Source: Thermofilum adornatum
Lineage (GTDB): Archaea > Thermoproteota > Thermoprotei > Thermofilales > Thermofilaceae
Reading direction: 5' to 3'
DNA length: 32,000 nucleotides
NCBI RefSeq assembly: GCF_000446015.1
Contig: NC_022093.1
Coordinates: forward strand, 1,320,001-1,352,000
Each line of letters opens with the position of its first letter. Position 1 is the first letter of the stretch. The translations under genes were made by a program, and so were the position numbers. A model generated the notes under the pieces. The model saw only the letters and a program-made list of their open reading frames with translations. It was not told the DNA's origin and ran no database searches. Positions 6,455 to 15,434 of this stretch are shown here, in pieces.

Positions 6455-8227
6455 GTGGTTGTTATGGGTCTCGAGGGCAAGGTCAAAAAAGTGCTAGAGA
6501 AGTATCGTGGCAGAGATCTTTCATTCACCATAAAGGATGGAGTAGTTTTTCTCTATGGACAAGTGGATACATATGATGAGTGGATAGAGATAGGGCTTGA
6601 AGTGGGGAAGATAAAGGGAGTAGAGGGGGTAGTAAACAAGGTTGTCTGGAAAGGTTTTCCAGAAGAGAAGATAAGGGAAAAAGAGGAGAGGCGGAGAAAG
6701 ATCTTTGAAGAAAACAAGGACAAGACTGTGGGAAGCTATGATGTATTGATTATAGGTGGCGGCGTGACTGGGACGGCAATTGCCCGCGAGCTTTCTAGGT
6801 ACAAGCTTAAAGTGGCTATTATAGAAAAATCTACAGACATCGCCACGGGAACAACAAAGGCAAACAACGGGATGATTCATTCAGGCATAGAGGCTCCCCG
6901 CAACACTTTGAAGAGGAGGCTGAATGTCAAAGGCTGTAGAATGTATGAACAATGGGCACGAGAACTAAACTTCAAGTACAAAATGGTTGGTAGCGTCTGG
7001 CTTATAACCCCGAGAACCCTAGAAAAATACAGGAAGTATTTTCCTGGCCCACTCTATACACTTATACTGAAATACGTCCTCCCATACGTTGTAGTCCTAA
7101 AGGCATGGCTAAATGGGGTTCCAGGAGTCAAGGTTGTCAGAGGCTCAAAAATATTCGAGCTTGAACCTTACGCGGCTCGCGACACATTGGCGGCTGTATA
7201 TGTTCCATGGACAGGCATAGTTGAGCCGTATGAGGTTGCCGTAGCCCTAGCAGAGAACGCCGCAAAGAATGGTGTAGAAATCTTCACGAATACTGAGGTT
7301 GTGGGCTTCCTAAAAGATGGAGAGAGGGTAACAGGCGTAGTTACAAACCGTGGAACATTTTTGTGTCGATACGTTGTGAATGCTGCTGGTCTATACGCAG
7401 ACGAAATAGCCGAAATGGCTGGGAGCCCTGAGTACACTATTCACCCTAGAAGAGGAGTAATAGTACTATTCCACAAGACTACAGGCTCCTACGTAAGGCA
7501 CTGCCTCGCAGAGATAGTTTTGCCACAGCACCCGAGAACAAAGGGAGGAGGCATCAACCCCACCCCGAATGGGAACGTTATATGGGGACCAACGGCTGTC
7601 GAGGTTCCAGACAAGGAAGATGTCTCCGTAGACCCGGAAGAAGTACAACTGATACTCACCAAGTACTCAACCATTCTGAGCGAGTTTCCCAAACAAAAAT
7701 TGATTAGGTATTTCGCGGGAGTAAGAGCCGCAACCTTCACCGAAGACTTTGTCATTAGACCAGCCAAGTGGGTTCCCAATCTTCTTCATGTAGCTGGTAT
7801 ACAGTCCCCAGGACTAGCCTCCGCGCCGGCAATAGCCGAATATGCTATAGAGAAGCTCGCAGAGATGGGTCTAGAACTACAGGAAAAGCCCGAATTTGAC
7901 CCGTACAGGGAGCCGATACCCTCATTGAGGGACATGAAGCCTAGCGACATAGAGGAATTGATAAAGAAGGATCCAAGATGGGGGCATGTTGTATGCGAAT
8001 GTGAGCTAGTTACAGAGGCAGAAATTGTTGAAGCGGTCAAGAGAGGTGCACGGACACTAGACGCAGTCAAGAGAAGGACACGTGCAGGGATGGGAGAATG
8101 CCAGGGCGGGAGATGTACAATTAAGATAGCAATGATAATTTCTCGCGAGCTTGGCGTCCCGCTTTCACAGGTTCTAAAGGAGGAGGCCCCGCTGTTTAAT
8201 GGCTACGTTAGAGGTGAGAGTGAATGA
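6455..8227 (+). CDS. FAD-dependent glycerol-3-phosphate-dehydrogenase-like oxidoreductase (GlpA-like) with N-terminal BON domain and C-terminal BFD-like [2Fe-2S] domain
   Basis: BON-like N-terminus (DLSFTIKDGVVFLYGQVDTYDEWIEIGLEVGKIKGVEGVVNKV). FAD dinucleotide fold YDVLIIGGGVTGTAIARELS. C-terminal CECELVTEAEIVEAV...GMGECQGGRC. GTG at 6455; the alternative ATG at 6464 is preceded by GGTGG (6454-6458). Confidence 0.85.
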   Translation: MVVMGLEGKVKKVLEKYRGRDLSFTIKDGVVFLYGQVDTYDEWIEIGLEVGKIKGVEGVVNKVVWKGFPEEKIREKEERRRKIFEENKDKTVGSYDVLIIGGGVTGTAIARELSRYKLKVAIIEKSTDIATGTTKANNGMIHSGIEAPRNTLKRRLNVKGCRMYEQWARELNFKYKMVGSVWLITPRTLEKYRKYFPGPLYTLILKYVLPYVVVLKAWLNGVPGVKVVRGSKIFELEPYAARDTLAAVYVPWTGIVEPYEVAVALAENAAKNGVEIFTNTEVVGFLKDGERVTGVVTNRGTFLCRYVVNAAGLYADEIAEMAGSPEYTIHPRRGVIVLFHKTTGSYVRHCLAEIVLPQHPRTKGGGINPTPNGNVIWGPTAVEVPDKEDVSVDPEEVQLILTKYSTILSEFPKQKLIRYFAGVRAATFTEDFVIRPAKWVPNLLHVAGIQSPGLASAPAIAEYAIEKLAEMGLELQEKPEFDPYREPIPSLRDMKPSDIEELIKKDPRWGHVVCECELVTEAEIVEAVKRGARTLDAVKRRTRAGMGECQGGRCTIKIAMIISRELGVPLSQVLKEEAPLFNGYVRGESE

Positions 8228-9477
8228 AGGAGATTAGAAAAGACGTCGTAGTCGTAGGTGGAGGGCCGTCTGGTCTAGCGGCAACAGCTAAACTTGCAGA
8301 ACTCGGCTACGATGTAGCTCTAGTAGAGTCCGGAGACGAGCTCGGCGGCATCCTTATCCAGTGCATCCATGACGGGTTCGGCACAAAACTCTTTGGAAAA
8401 GCACTCTCAGGCCCAGAATTTGCCGGCAACTTCATCGAGAAGGTCAGAGGACTAGGCACAGACACCTTCCTCCAGACACACGTCACAAGTGTAGAGAGAA
8501 GAGATGGGCACTGGATCCTAGAAGCGGTAAGCCCAAAGGAAGTAATCAAATTCATCAGCAAGGCAATTGTTTATGCCACTGGATGCAGAGAGCGAACCCC
8601 CTTCGAGATACTTTTAGGCGGGACAAGGCCTGCAGGCGTATATACAGCCGGAATGGTTCAGCGGCTTGTCAATCTCTATGGTGTATTGCCTGGAAAAAGA
8701 GTCCTTATAGTCGGAGGAGGAGATGTAGGAATGATTGTAGCCCGCCACCTCTACCTGGAAGGAGTCGAGGATCTTCTAGTCGTCTTTCCCGAGCCATGGT
8801 TTGTAGGGCTTCCCAGAAACGTACAACAATGCATCTTGGACTTTGGCATACAATTTAGACCGAGAACCATAGTGAAAGAGATAGTAGGCAAAGAAAAAGT
8901 AAAAGGCGCGATACTTGTAAAGGTAGACGAAAACTGGCGACCGATAAAAGGTACAGAAGAGTTCTATCCATGCGACTCGGTAGTCTTTTCGGTAGGCCTT
9001 GTACCGAACGCCTCAAAGCTGGAGGAGCTTGGAGCCGATATAGATCCAAGAACTAGAGGACCCGTGGTGAACGAGTATTTCGAGACAACGTTAAAAGGAG
9101 TCTTCGCAGTAGGCAACCTATTAACACCCTTTGATTATGTAGATGACGCTGTTGAGACAGCATTCATCGCAGCAGAAGGTGTCTCAAAGTTTCTAAACAA
9201 TGAGCCTAAAAGGGAAAAACCCCTCCCTATACGTCCAGGCCGAAAAGTAAGGCTATACATCCCACACCGCATAGAGTGGCTCCAAGGACGAGACTTGACT
9301 TTATTTTTCCGACCATCTGTAGAAGAGGCCAACGCTAAAATCTCATTAAAGCTAGGAGACCTGGAGGTCTACTATACTAGACGCCCATATGTTCGCCCAT
9401 CACTTTTAGAAAGAATTGTACTACCAAGGGATAGAATTGGAGAAAAAGATGGTGAGGTGGTTCTAGATGTTGAATAA
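8224..9477 (+). CDS. NAD(P)/FAD-dependent pyridine nucleotide-disulfide oxidoreductase (second subunit of the archaeal-type G3P dehydrogenase module)
   Basis: VVVVGGGPSGLAATAKLAELGYDVALVE plus a second dinucleotide fold RVLIVGGGDVGMIVA. ATGA start/stop overlap with the upstream gene at 8224-8227. Confidence 0.85.
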   Translation: MKEIRKDVVVVGGGPSGLAATAKLAELGYDVALVESGDELGGILIQCIHDGFGTKLFGKALSGPEFAGNFIEKVRGLGTDTFLQTHVTSVERRDGHWILEAVSPKEVIKFISKAIVYATGCRERTPFEILLGGTRPAGVYTAGMVQRLVNLYGVLPGKRVLIVGGGDVGMIVARHLYLEGVEDLLVVFPEPWFVGLPRNVQQCILDFGIQFRPRTIVKEIVGKEKVKGAILVKVDENWRPIKGTEEFYPCDSVVFSVGLVPNASKLEELGADIDPRTRGPVVNEYFETTLKGVFAVGNLLTPFDYVDDAVETAFIAAEGVSKFLNNEPKREKPLPIRPGRKVRLYIPHRIEWLQGRDLTLFFRPSVEEANAKISLKLGDLEVYYTRRPYVRPSLLERIVLPRDRIGEKDGEVVLDVE

Positions 9478-9832
9478 GGTCATTTGTGTACGGTGCCCAA
9501 GAAGCTGTGTGATAAGTGTCCTCATTGAGGAAGATACAATTAAAAGCATTGAAGGCTATGGTTGCCGCCTAGGATTAGAATATGCAAAAGAAGAAATAAC
9601 CAACCCTAAGCGGACAGTATGTTCCACTGTAAGGATAATTGGGGGCAGGTATCCAAGGTTGCCAGTTAGGACATCAGAGCCGGTTCCCAAAGAAAAGATA
9701 AAGGAAGTAATAAATCAGCTTAAAGGCCTAACAGTCAAGGCACCTGTTCGAAGGGGAGACGTTATCCTAAGGAACGTAGTTGGGACAGGTGCAGACATAA
9801 TTGCAGAAATGGACGTAGAAGAAACAAGTTAG
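9467..9832 (+). CDS. DUF1667-domain protein (small subunit of the G3P dehydrogenase module)
   Basis: 121 aa, N-terminal CxxCPxxC (CVRCPRSC). GYGCRLGLEYAKEE and LPVRTSEPVPKEKI are typical of DUF1667 proteins found downstream of the GlpA-like/oxidoreductase pair. 11-nt overlap with the upstream gene. Confidence 0.8.
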   Translation: MLNKVICVRCPRSCVISVLIEEDTIKSIEGYGCRLGLEYAKEEITNPKRTVCSTVRIIGGRYPRLPVRTSEPVPKEKIKEVINQLKGLTVKAPVRRGDVILRNVVGTGADIIAEMDVEETS

Positions 9833-9880
9833 CCGGATATTCGTTCTGCTTTTTAAAGAGGTACTCTCTATTAGCGAACA

Positions 9881-10423
9881 TCAAGCATTGTTTTCGCTTT
9901 TAACTGGTACATCTAAAGGCAAGGCAAAACCTCTTTCAGCAATTTCTCTCAGGGAAACTTCGAGAAGGTGTTTATCGTCTCCGCCTCCAACAAAATAAAA
10001 ATCTCCCCCAAGAAGCTTTGAATCAACATACACAGTCAGCTTTTTCTTATGCCCAACGGGAGGAACTCCTCCCGGAGGATACCCAGTATCCTCGACGACC
10101 TCTTCAAAGGTTGCCAGCCTGAGCTTCTTGTAACCCAGCATCTTGGCAAGCCTGCCCTGGTCAACCTTCTTGTCAGCCCGTACCACTACCAGCAATGTTT
10201 CGCCCGAATCACTCTTAAAGACCACGGTCTTTGCAATCCTCTCAAGTCCTATACCCAGGCTTCTAGAGGCCTGGCCAGAGGTAGCGGCCTCGGGAACCTC
10301 TACAATCATGTATCTTATCCCAATTGAATCCAGATACTTTTTTAAGTCCTCGACGCCAAGCATTGCAACCATCTTTTCTTCTCCGGTCTCCCCTAAGGAT
10401 TTAAACATTTTCTCCAGCAACAT
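9881..10423 (-). CDS. YbaK/ProX-type aminoacyl-tRNA deacylase (trans-editing domain protein)
   Basis: KTVVFKSDSGETLLVVVRADKKVDQGRLAKMLG and GYPPGGVPPVGH motifs. The start is uncertain (several in-frame Met within the first 21 codons). Confidence 0.75.
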   Translation of the reverse strand: MLLEKMFKSLGETGEEKMVAMLGVEDLKKYLDSIGIRYMIVEVPEAATSGQASRSLGIGLERIAKTVVFKSDSGETLLVVVRADKKVDQGRLAKMLGYKKLRLATFEEVVEDTGYPPGGVPPVGHKKKLTVYVDSKLLGGDFYFVGGGDDKHLLEVSLREIAERGFALPLDVPVKSENNA

Positions 10424-10453
10424 AGAATTTTTTACATTCCCTATATGTTGCCG

Positions 10454-11590
10454 TTACCTTGTGATTTTTAGTTCCCGTAGCTCTTCTAGAAATGAACGGC
10501 CTGGGCCCTCAAGGAAAGTTTTACGTGCAGGCTTCAGGAGTTTGGCAAGTTCTTCTGCGACTGTCTCCTTTAGGTCGAGAGGATGTACTTCTTTTCGCTT
10601 GTAGGCTTCTTCTAGCTGTGAATAGTTCTCAAAAGTCTTTTTCTCCCCGGTCTTCTTGTTCACTATTTCTAGGGGCTCGCGTCTATCCCGGAATATAATT
10701 AGCCGGGCCAGTTCTAAGACAGGGTTAAACTCTGTCTCTCCAGGTGGGCAGAAAGCGCTCCTAATTTTTCTCTTTATCTCCTCCTCGGAATCGTGAATAA
10801 ATATGGCTGTCTCGGGCTTAGACTTCGACATCTTGATATTGGCAAGCAAGTCTCTAAATTCCTCTGCGTTGGACTTTGCCGCTGAAAGCTTCTCCCAGTC
10901 CTCCTTTGTCATCTGGAGACCCGGTAAAAGCTTGTGGTGGAGCGCTACGGGCTTGTAGCCGAAGACTTTCTCTCCAACCTCTATCGCGATTACGTGGGCT
11001 TTTCTTTGGTCCATGCCTCCCTGAGGAATATTAACGTTCATGCTGAATATGTCTGCAACCTGCATAGGCACGTAGAGTAGCTGGGCGAAGCTGAGTGCCT
11101 CGGACTCGCTCCTGCCGAGAATAGTTACAGACCTCCTTATCCTCGAAAGTGTAGTCTCCATTGAAACCCTCAACACGTTAGTAAAGTAGTCTACGCCAAG
11201 CTTCTCATAAAGCTCCGAGCCCAAAATAAACTCAGTCTTGTCGGGGTCTCCGCCTGCAATCTTCAAAGACACCCTAAGAGCTTCCTTGAAGTATCCCCCC
11301 GCAACACGCCTAATAACGCTTAGGTCACCACCCAGCTTTTTGTTTATCCAGCTGTGGTAATCCGCCAGGAAAATTCTAGTCTTGACGCCCACGCTCTGCA
11401 GGTCTGCAACCTTCTGCATCGAGATGAGGCCTGTCCCCAGGTGGACAAAGCCAGAAATCTCGAACCCAATGTAGTGATTTAGTGGGACACCTGTCTCGAT
11501 AAGCTTTCTCAGGTTGTCTGGCGTAAGAAGCTCCTCTGTTGGCTCCCTCAAAGCGGCAGATATTATGGTCTCTGGATCCAAGGACAGCAC
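10454..11590 (-). CDS. tyrS: Tyrosine--tRNA ligase, archaeal type
   Basis: Class I signature [15 protein letters not shown] (HIGH region) and KMSKS. By eye, collinear with archaeal TyrRS ([31 protein letters not shown]). Confidence 0.88.
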   Translation of the reverse strand: MLSLDPETIISAALREPTEELLTPDNLRKLIETGVPLNHYIGFEISGFVHLGTGLISMQKVADLQSVGVKTRIFLADYHSWINKKLGGDLSVIRRVAGGYFKEALRVSLKIAGGDPDKTEFILGSELYEKLGVDYFTNVLRVSMETTLSRIRRSVTILGRSESEALSFAQLLYVPMQVADIFSMNVNIPQGGMDQRKAHVIAIEVGEKVFGYKPVALHHKLLPGLQMTKEDWEKLSAAKSNAEEFRDLLANIKMSKSKPETAIFIHDSEEEIKRKIRSAFCPPGETEFNPVLELARLIIFRDRREPLEIVNKKTGEKKTFENYSQLEEAYKRKEVHPLDLKETVAEELAKLLKPARKTFLEGPGRSFLEELRELKITR

Positions 11591-11648
11591 CTCACAATGA
11601 GTAACTGGAGAAACTTAAAACATTTTCGATTTTACTCGCAAAAACTTT

Positions 11649-12995
11649 TCACTCAATGATGGCGTATCTCTCAGCCCTAAGCACATTTTGAACAGCAAAA
11701 ACGCTGGCAACAAATGAGACAATGGAAAGCTCGACTATTGGTATACCTTTGAAGCCAACTATTGTCTCCTCTGTTGATACGGAGAATTGATACGAGTTTG
11801 TGCCCGAGATACTGCAGTAGCCGTAAGGGTCGCATGCCAGGACATCTGTAGTTAGAAAACCCGTTCCAGAGTCGAGCAGGCCATACTGGTCATAGGAGAA
11901 ACTAGCCCTTAGACTAATATCTACTGGTACCCCGTTAACTGGCCTCCTTGCATTCTTTTGAATAGACACGGTTTTTCCCGCTTCTTCTAATCTGTAGAGA
12001 ACATTTAATGCCTTCAGCCTGTTGACAACAACCCTTACCCCTGAACTAGCTATAGGGGTAACATCCAGCTTTCCGCTAGGGGATAGTTGCATAATTATGC
12101 TCTCGCTCTCACTGGTATTGTCGTGGGTCACGTTAAAGGTCAAAACCTTGCTGATGCCCCCCATTGTTTCAGCGGCAATTGCAGAATAGACAGCTATAAC
12201 AGCGACTAGGCCTATAAGGAAAGCCACAATATATTTTCCCGTTCTAGAGATCCCCCTCTCGGGGAAAAAGATATTCCTGAAAAACGAATACATGGACGAG
12301 TAAAACCTCAGCAGTCCAAGTCTTTCGCTAGAAACCAGCAGAGGCAATAACGCTATGCCTCCAATGAATCCGCCCGCATGGGCAAAAACAGCTACGCCAA
12401 GGCTTGCCCCCGGCAGTAGTCCCTGCAGGATCTGGGTGGCAAACCAGAAGATAAGATACGCGGAGGCGCGAGTCGTGAAGCATATAGGGATAATGAAAAA
12501 GAAAAAGCACATTGAAAGCCTCGTGCCCGGAAAGAGCAACAAGTAGGCTCCAAGCACTCCGCTTATAGCACCACTGGCTCCCAAGGCTGGGACAAAAGCG
12601 GACGAGGCGCCCTCAAGCGGCAGAAAAGCAGTATGAAAGAAGCTCGCCAAAATGCCACTTAGCAGGTATAGCACTAGGTATCTTCGGCTACCCAGCACTG
12701 CTTCGACTCCCTTGCCAAACGTGTAGAGGAACAACATGTTGAAGAAAATGTGTGCAAGGTTGGCATGGAGAAACATCGATGTGAACAATCGGTAGAGGTG
12801 CTCGGGCTTCGCAAAGTATGCTGGGACAAATGCAAACATTCCAACCCATTTATCGGAAACCTCTAGGAACATGTTCTCGTAGCTTGTAGCAAGATATACA
12901 AGCGTGTTGATAATTACGAGGGAAAATGTGACAGGTGCCTTTGCTCTCTGTAGCTCCTCTAAATTTCCCGGAAGAGGTAAACCCATAATATCCAA
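11649..12995 (-). CDS. Rhomboid-family intramembrane serine protease with a long C-terminal extension
   Basis: HANLAHIFFNMLFLYTFG, catalytic GASGAISGVLGAY and AHAGGFIGG motifs. After about residue 250 come an extra TM helix, a roughly 150-aa non-membrane segment and a terminal TM helix. Confidence 0.85.
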   Translation of the reverse strand: MDIMGLPLPGNLEELQRAKAPVTFSLVIINTLVYLATSYENMFLEVSDKWVGMFAFVPAYFAKPEHLYRLFTSMFLHANLAHIFFNMLFLYTFGKGVEAVLGSRRYLVLYLLSGILASFFHTAFLPLEGASSAFVPALGASGAISGVLGAYLLLFPGTRLSMCFFFFIIPICFTTRASAYLIFWFATQILQGLLPGASLGVAVFAHAGGFIGGIALLPLLVSSERLGLLRFYSSMYSFFRNIFFPERGISRTGKYIVAFLIGLVAVIAVYSAIAAETMGGISKVLTFNVTHDNTSESESIIMQLSPSGKLDVTPIASSGVRVVVNRLKALNVLYRLEEAGKTVSIQKNARRPVNGVPVDISLRASFSYDQYGLLDSGTGFLTTDVLACDPYGYCSISGTNSYQFSVSTEETIVGFKGIPIVELSIVSFVASVFAVQNVLRAERYAIIE

Positions 12996-13016
12996 GCAGA
13001 AAGCTTAGAACCTAGC

Positions 13017-13685
13017 TTATAAATCCTCTTTTTCAACTAACTCTAGCAAGCGCCGTAGCTCGGTCTTACGAACCCCCTTCTTCTCCTCGAGCCACCTCAA
13101 ATATGCGTCGTCTAGGTTCTTGCTTGGCAAGATATAGTTGAACACGTATTCTATTAGTGCAGAAATTTTCTCTATTGTAGGTTGGTCCATATCCTCGGTT
13201 GGCGGATAGGGTAGACCCCACGTGTCAATATTTCTGGCACCCTCTACGCTTCTACTTGCAACAGTAACATAGTTCTCGTCGAGAGGCACTTTCTCCCCCC
13301 TGAAAAGTTGCCTCCACTCCTCAAGGTCTATCCGCTTGGACACACGGGCACGAAAAAGCAAAGACAGATACTTGCCGCTCCTCGAAACCAAGTCGAGAGA
13401 TGAATCACCGTAACACCTCACATCCTTGCCTAGAAGCCTCAGAGACCTAATTAATGGTTCCTCGACCCACAGCCAGCCCCTGGCAAACCCAGGCATAAGG
13501 GTCTTAACCTCTTCAACAATGCTGCGCCAGTCAATAATTCCCCTGGCATATGCATTTAGGCTCTTCTCGAGTTCTTTTGGATAAGGTAGATAGACGCCTC
13601 TAAACTCTTCACTTAGATCGAGGAGCTTTTCAGCTAAATTTAGTCTTGCAAGTCTCAGCTTAGGAGACAATAAAACGGTAGGCAT
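13017..13685 (-). CDS. Hypothetical protein (co-oriented, 21 nt upstream of the rhomboid gene)
   Basis: 222-aa ORF with normal coding composition and no motif I recognise. Its promoter region is shared divergently with the Nudix gene. Confidence 0.6.
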   Translation of the reverse strand: MPTVLLSPKLRLARLNLAEKLLDLSEEFRGVYLPYPKELEKSLNAYARGIIDWRSIVEEVKTLMPGFARGWLWVEEPLIRSLRLLGKDVRCYGDSSLDLVSRSGKYLSLLFRARVSKRIDLEEWRQLFRGEKVPLDENYVTVASRSVEGARNIDTWGLPYPPTEDMDQPTIEKISALIEYVFNYILPSKNLDDAYLRWLEEKKGVRKTELRRLLELVEKEDL

Positions 13686-13748
13686 TTCTTCCTGTAAAGA
13701 AATCTTATAACCTTAAACCTTAAAAGGTTTTCCACACTGTTTCTCAGC

Positions 13749-14198
13749 GTGGAAGAAACATACGAATACGCTATTGTAGCTGTCAGCGCCTTCGTAAAGA
13801 AAGAAAACAGCGTTCTACTAGTAAAAAGGGGAAAAGAACCAGGAAAAAACCTATGGGCATTCCCAGGCGGCAGGGTCAGAAAAGGAGAGAGGCTTGTTGA
13901 GGCAGTAAAAAGAGAACTATACGAGGAAACCGGAGTAGAAGCCGAGCCGACGGGAATAATAGCCGTCACAGAAGTAATAACAAAGACAAACAACCATGCC
14001 AGTTACCACTACGTGATTCTCACATTCGCCTTCAAAGAAGAAACGATACATGGCGACCCAAAGCCAGGAGGAGACGTGGCCGAGGCCCAATGGGTCCCAA
14101 TACAAAAAGCAATAGAAATGCCAGACGTCGTCTATTCAGTCAAAAGAATACTAGAAAGCCGAAGACTACCATTAATCAACGTGATAACCCTTGAATAG
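13749..14198 (+). CDS. Nudix hydrolase
   Basis: Nudix box GGRVRKGERLVEAVKRELYEETGV (GX5EX7REUXEEXGU). GTG start. Confidence 0.85.
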   Translation: MEETYEYAIVAVSAFVKKENSVLLVKRGKEPGKNLWAFPGGRVRKGERLVEAVKRELYEETGVEAEPTGIIAVTEVITKTNNHASYHYVILTFAFKEETIHGDPKPGGDVAEAQWVPIQKAIEMPDVVYSVKRILESRRLPLINVITLE

Positions 14199-14290
14199 GT
14201 CGAATTTATTTTCCAAATACTGTAGCAGAGAAAAATTTTCTTCTGTACCTATACTTTAAGAAAAGATTATATTTGTTCAACTGGAGAGTA

Positions 14291-15352
14291 TTACTTGCAG
14301 TTTTTCATATGTTCTAGAGCTATTTCATAGTCTACTGCGAATACCCCTACAGCAAAATCAGATATGCCACCTATCCAGATAAGCTTCTCAGCATATTTAA
14401 TTAGCCCATCACCAAATACCACACCAGGACGGTCACCATAGAATTCGAACAAATCTCTTCTAGGTGAAAGAATATACTCCGTAATTCCTAACAATTCTCC
14501 ATCGCTACTAACCAGTGCTAGCCCATTTCTATAAATCATGTCTTGACCAACCCCATGCCAACCGACAAGATATTCGTTGCTCGAGAGCTTTAACGCGTTG
14601 GTAGACCAACCCACCTTTTGCTCATAAGACATTGGAAACAATATAGGTTTCATCTCTTTGACGTCCATGCTTAAATCCGATTTGTCGACAAAGCCAAACC
14701 ACCCTACCTCCAGCCCAGAGTTTTGCATAGGAACAAGAGGCCTTGTCAGAAGAGACGCGTCTCGGTATCCCCAGTCTACAACTGCGCTGTCCTTCCAGAA
14801 AGTCTCATATCTCTCGTCTTCAAGTTTAAGAGTTAAATATCCTAATTTACGAAAGTTTCCCTCATTTAGTAACGCAAGTGCTTGTCGTGCCATTACCCCC
14901 TCCTGAGAAGGTGAAACACCTGTATAAAGGACCAGGTCTTTACCGCTTGGCAAAGTATAAAGTCTAGGGTCTTCACAACCTCTCAGATCCCAAGGCTCTG
15001 TGGGATAGATAATTATATCTGTCTCAATTTCCTTAGGAACAGTTCCTTGGATAAGGTCTTCAATCTTTAAACTAAATTTCCCAATAGATGACGAATACCA
15101 ATAGTAATCAAAAACCATTCTTGGAAAAACTTCAATAATATTTCCTTTTAAAACAGCTCCCGGATTGAAAACGGCAAGAGGTTTTCGTGGATAATTTCTC
15201 ACAACAATGTTAGTTGGAAAAATGTAGACGATCCTCTCAAAAACTTCTTTTTCCTTGCCAATCCTTTCGCAACGAGCCTTAATACTTTCTCTTATCTTTT
15301 CAAGCAATATCTCTGTAGCTTTATCTTTCCATGTAAGCTTTTTCAGATGCAC
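14291..15352 (-). CDS. GH130-like (PH1107-related) glycosidase/phosphorylase, beta-propeller type
   Basis: FNPGAV, CEDPRLY, GWHGVG...YRNG and GDRPGVVFGDG...IGGISD segments resemble the DUF377/GH130 family pattern. GTG start. The family call is from memory of motifs only. Confidence 0.55.
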   Translation of the reverse strand: MHLKKLTWKDKATEILLEKIRESIKARCERIGKEKEVFERIVYIFPTNIVVRNYPRKPLAVFNPGAVLKGNIIEVFPRMVFDYYWYSSSIGKFSLKIEDLIQGTVPKEIETDIIIYPTEPWDLRGCEDPRLYTLPSGKDLVLYTGVSPSQEGVMARQALALLNEGNFRKLGYLTLKLEDERYETFWKDSAVVDWGYRDASLLTRPLVPMQNSGLEVGWFGFVDKSDLSMDVKEMKPILFPMSYEQKVGWSTNALKLSSNEYLVGWHGVGQDMIYRNGLALVSSDGELLGITEYILSPRRDLFEFYGDRPGVVFGDGLIKYAEKLIWIGGISDFAVGVFAVDYEIALEHMKNCK

Positions 15353-15398
15353 ACTTCATCATTTATATTGTTTGTGATAAATCTTTTTGAGAAAAATT

Positions 15399-15423
15399 TA
15401 AATACTACTAAGAATAGTAAATA
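15399..15423. promoter_or_regulatory. Operator-like palindrome TAAATACTAC-N5-ATAGTAAATA overlapping the TATA box of the ABC transporter operon (candidate TrmB site A)
   Basis: taaatactactaagaatagtaaata is identical at 22/25 positions to 23826-23850. The core TACTA-N7-TAGTA is an inverted repeat. It ends 12 nt before the ATG at 15435. Confidence 0.5.
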
Positions 15424-15434
15424 CTTGACCGAAC

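Noticed and set aside
10143-10604. 153-aa plus-strand ORF, plus similar antisense ORFs at 4963-5313, 7489-7779, 7786-8070, 24257-24613 and 30652-31146
   Set aside because: All lie antisense to strongly supported genes (YbaK/TyrRS, the flavoenzyme, the GlpA-like gene, nitroreductase, the AEP gene). They have biased low-complexity composition and no promoter-like context.
15361-15382. GTGATA hexamer, as a Thermococcales glycolytic motif (TATCAC-N5-GTGATA) half-site
   Set aside because: Only one half-site is present. The surrounding ATTTAT...ATAAAT symmetry is explained by back-to-back TATA boxes of the divergent genes.
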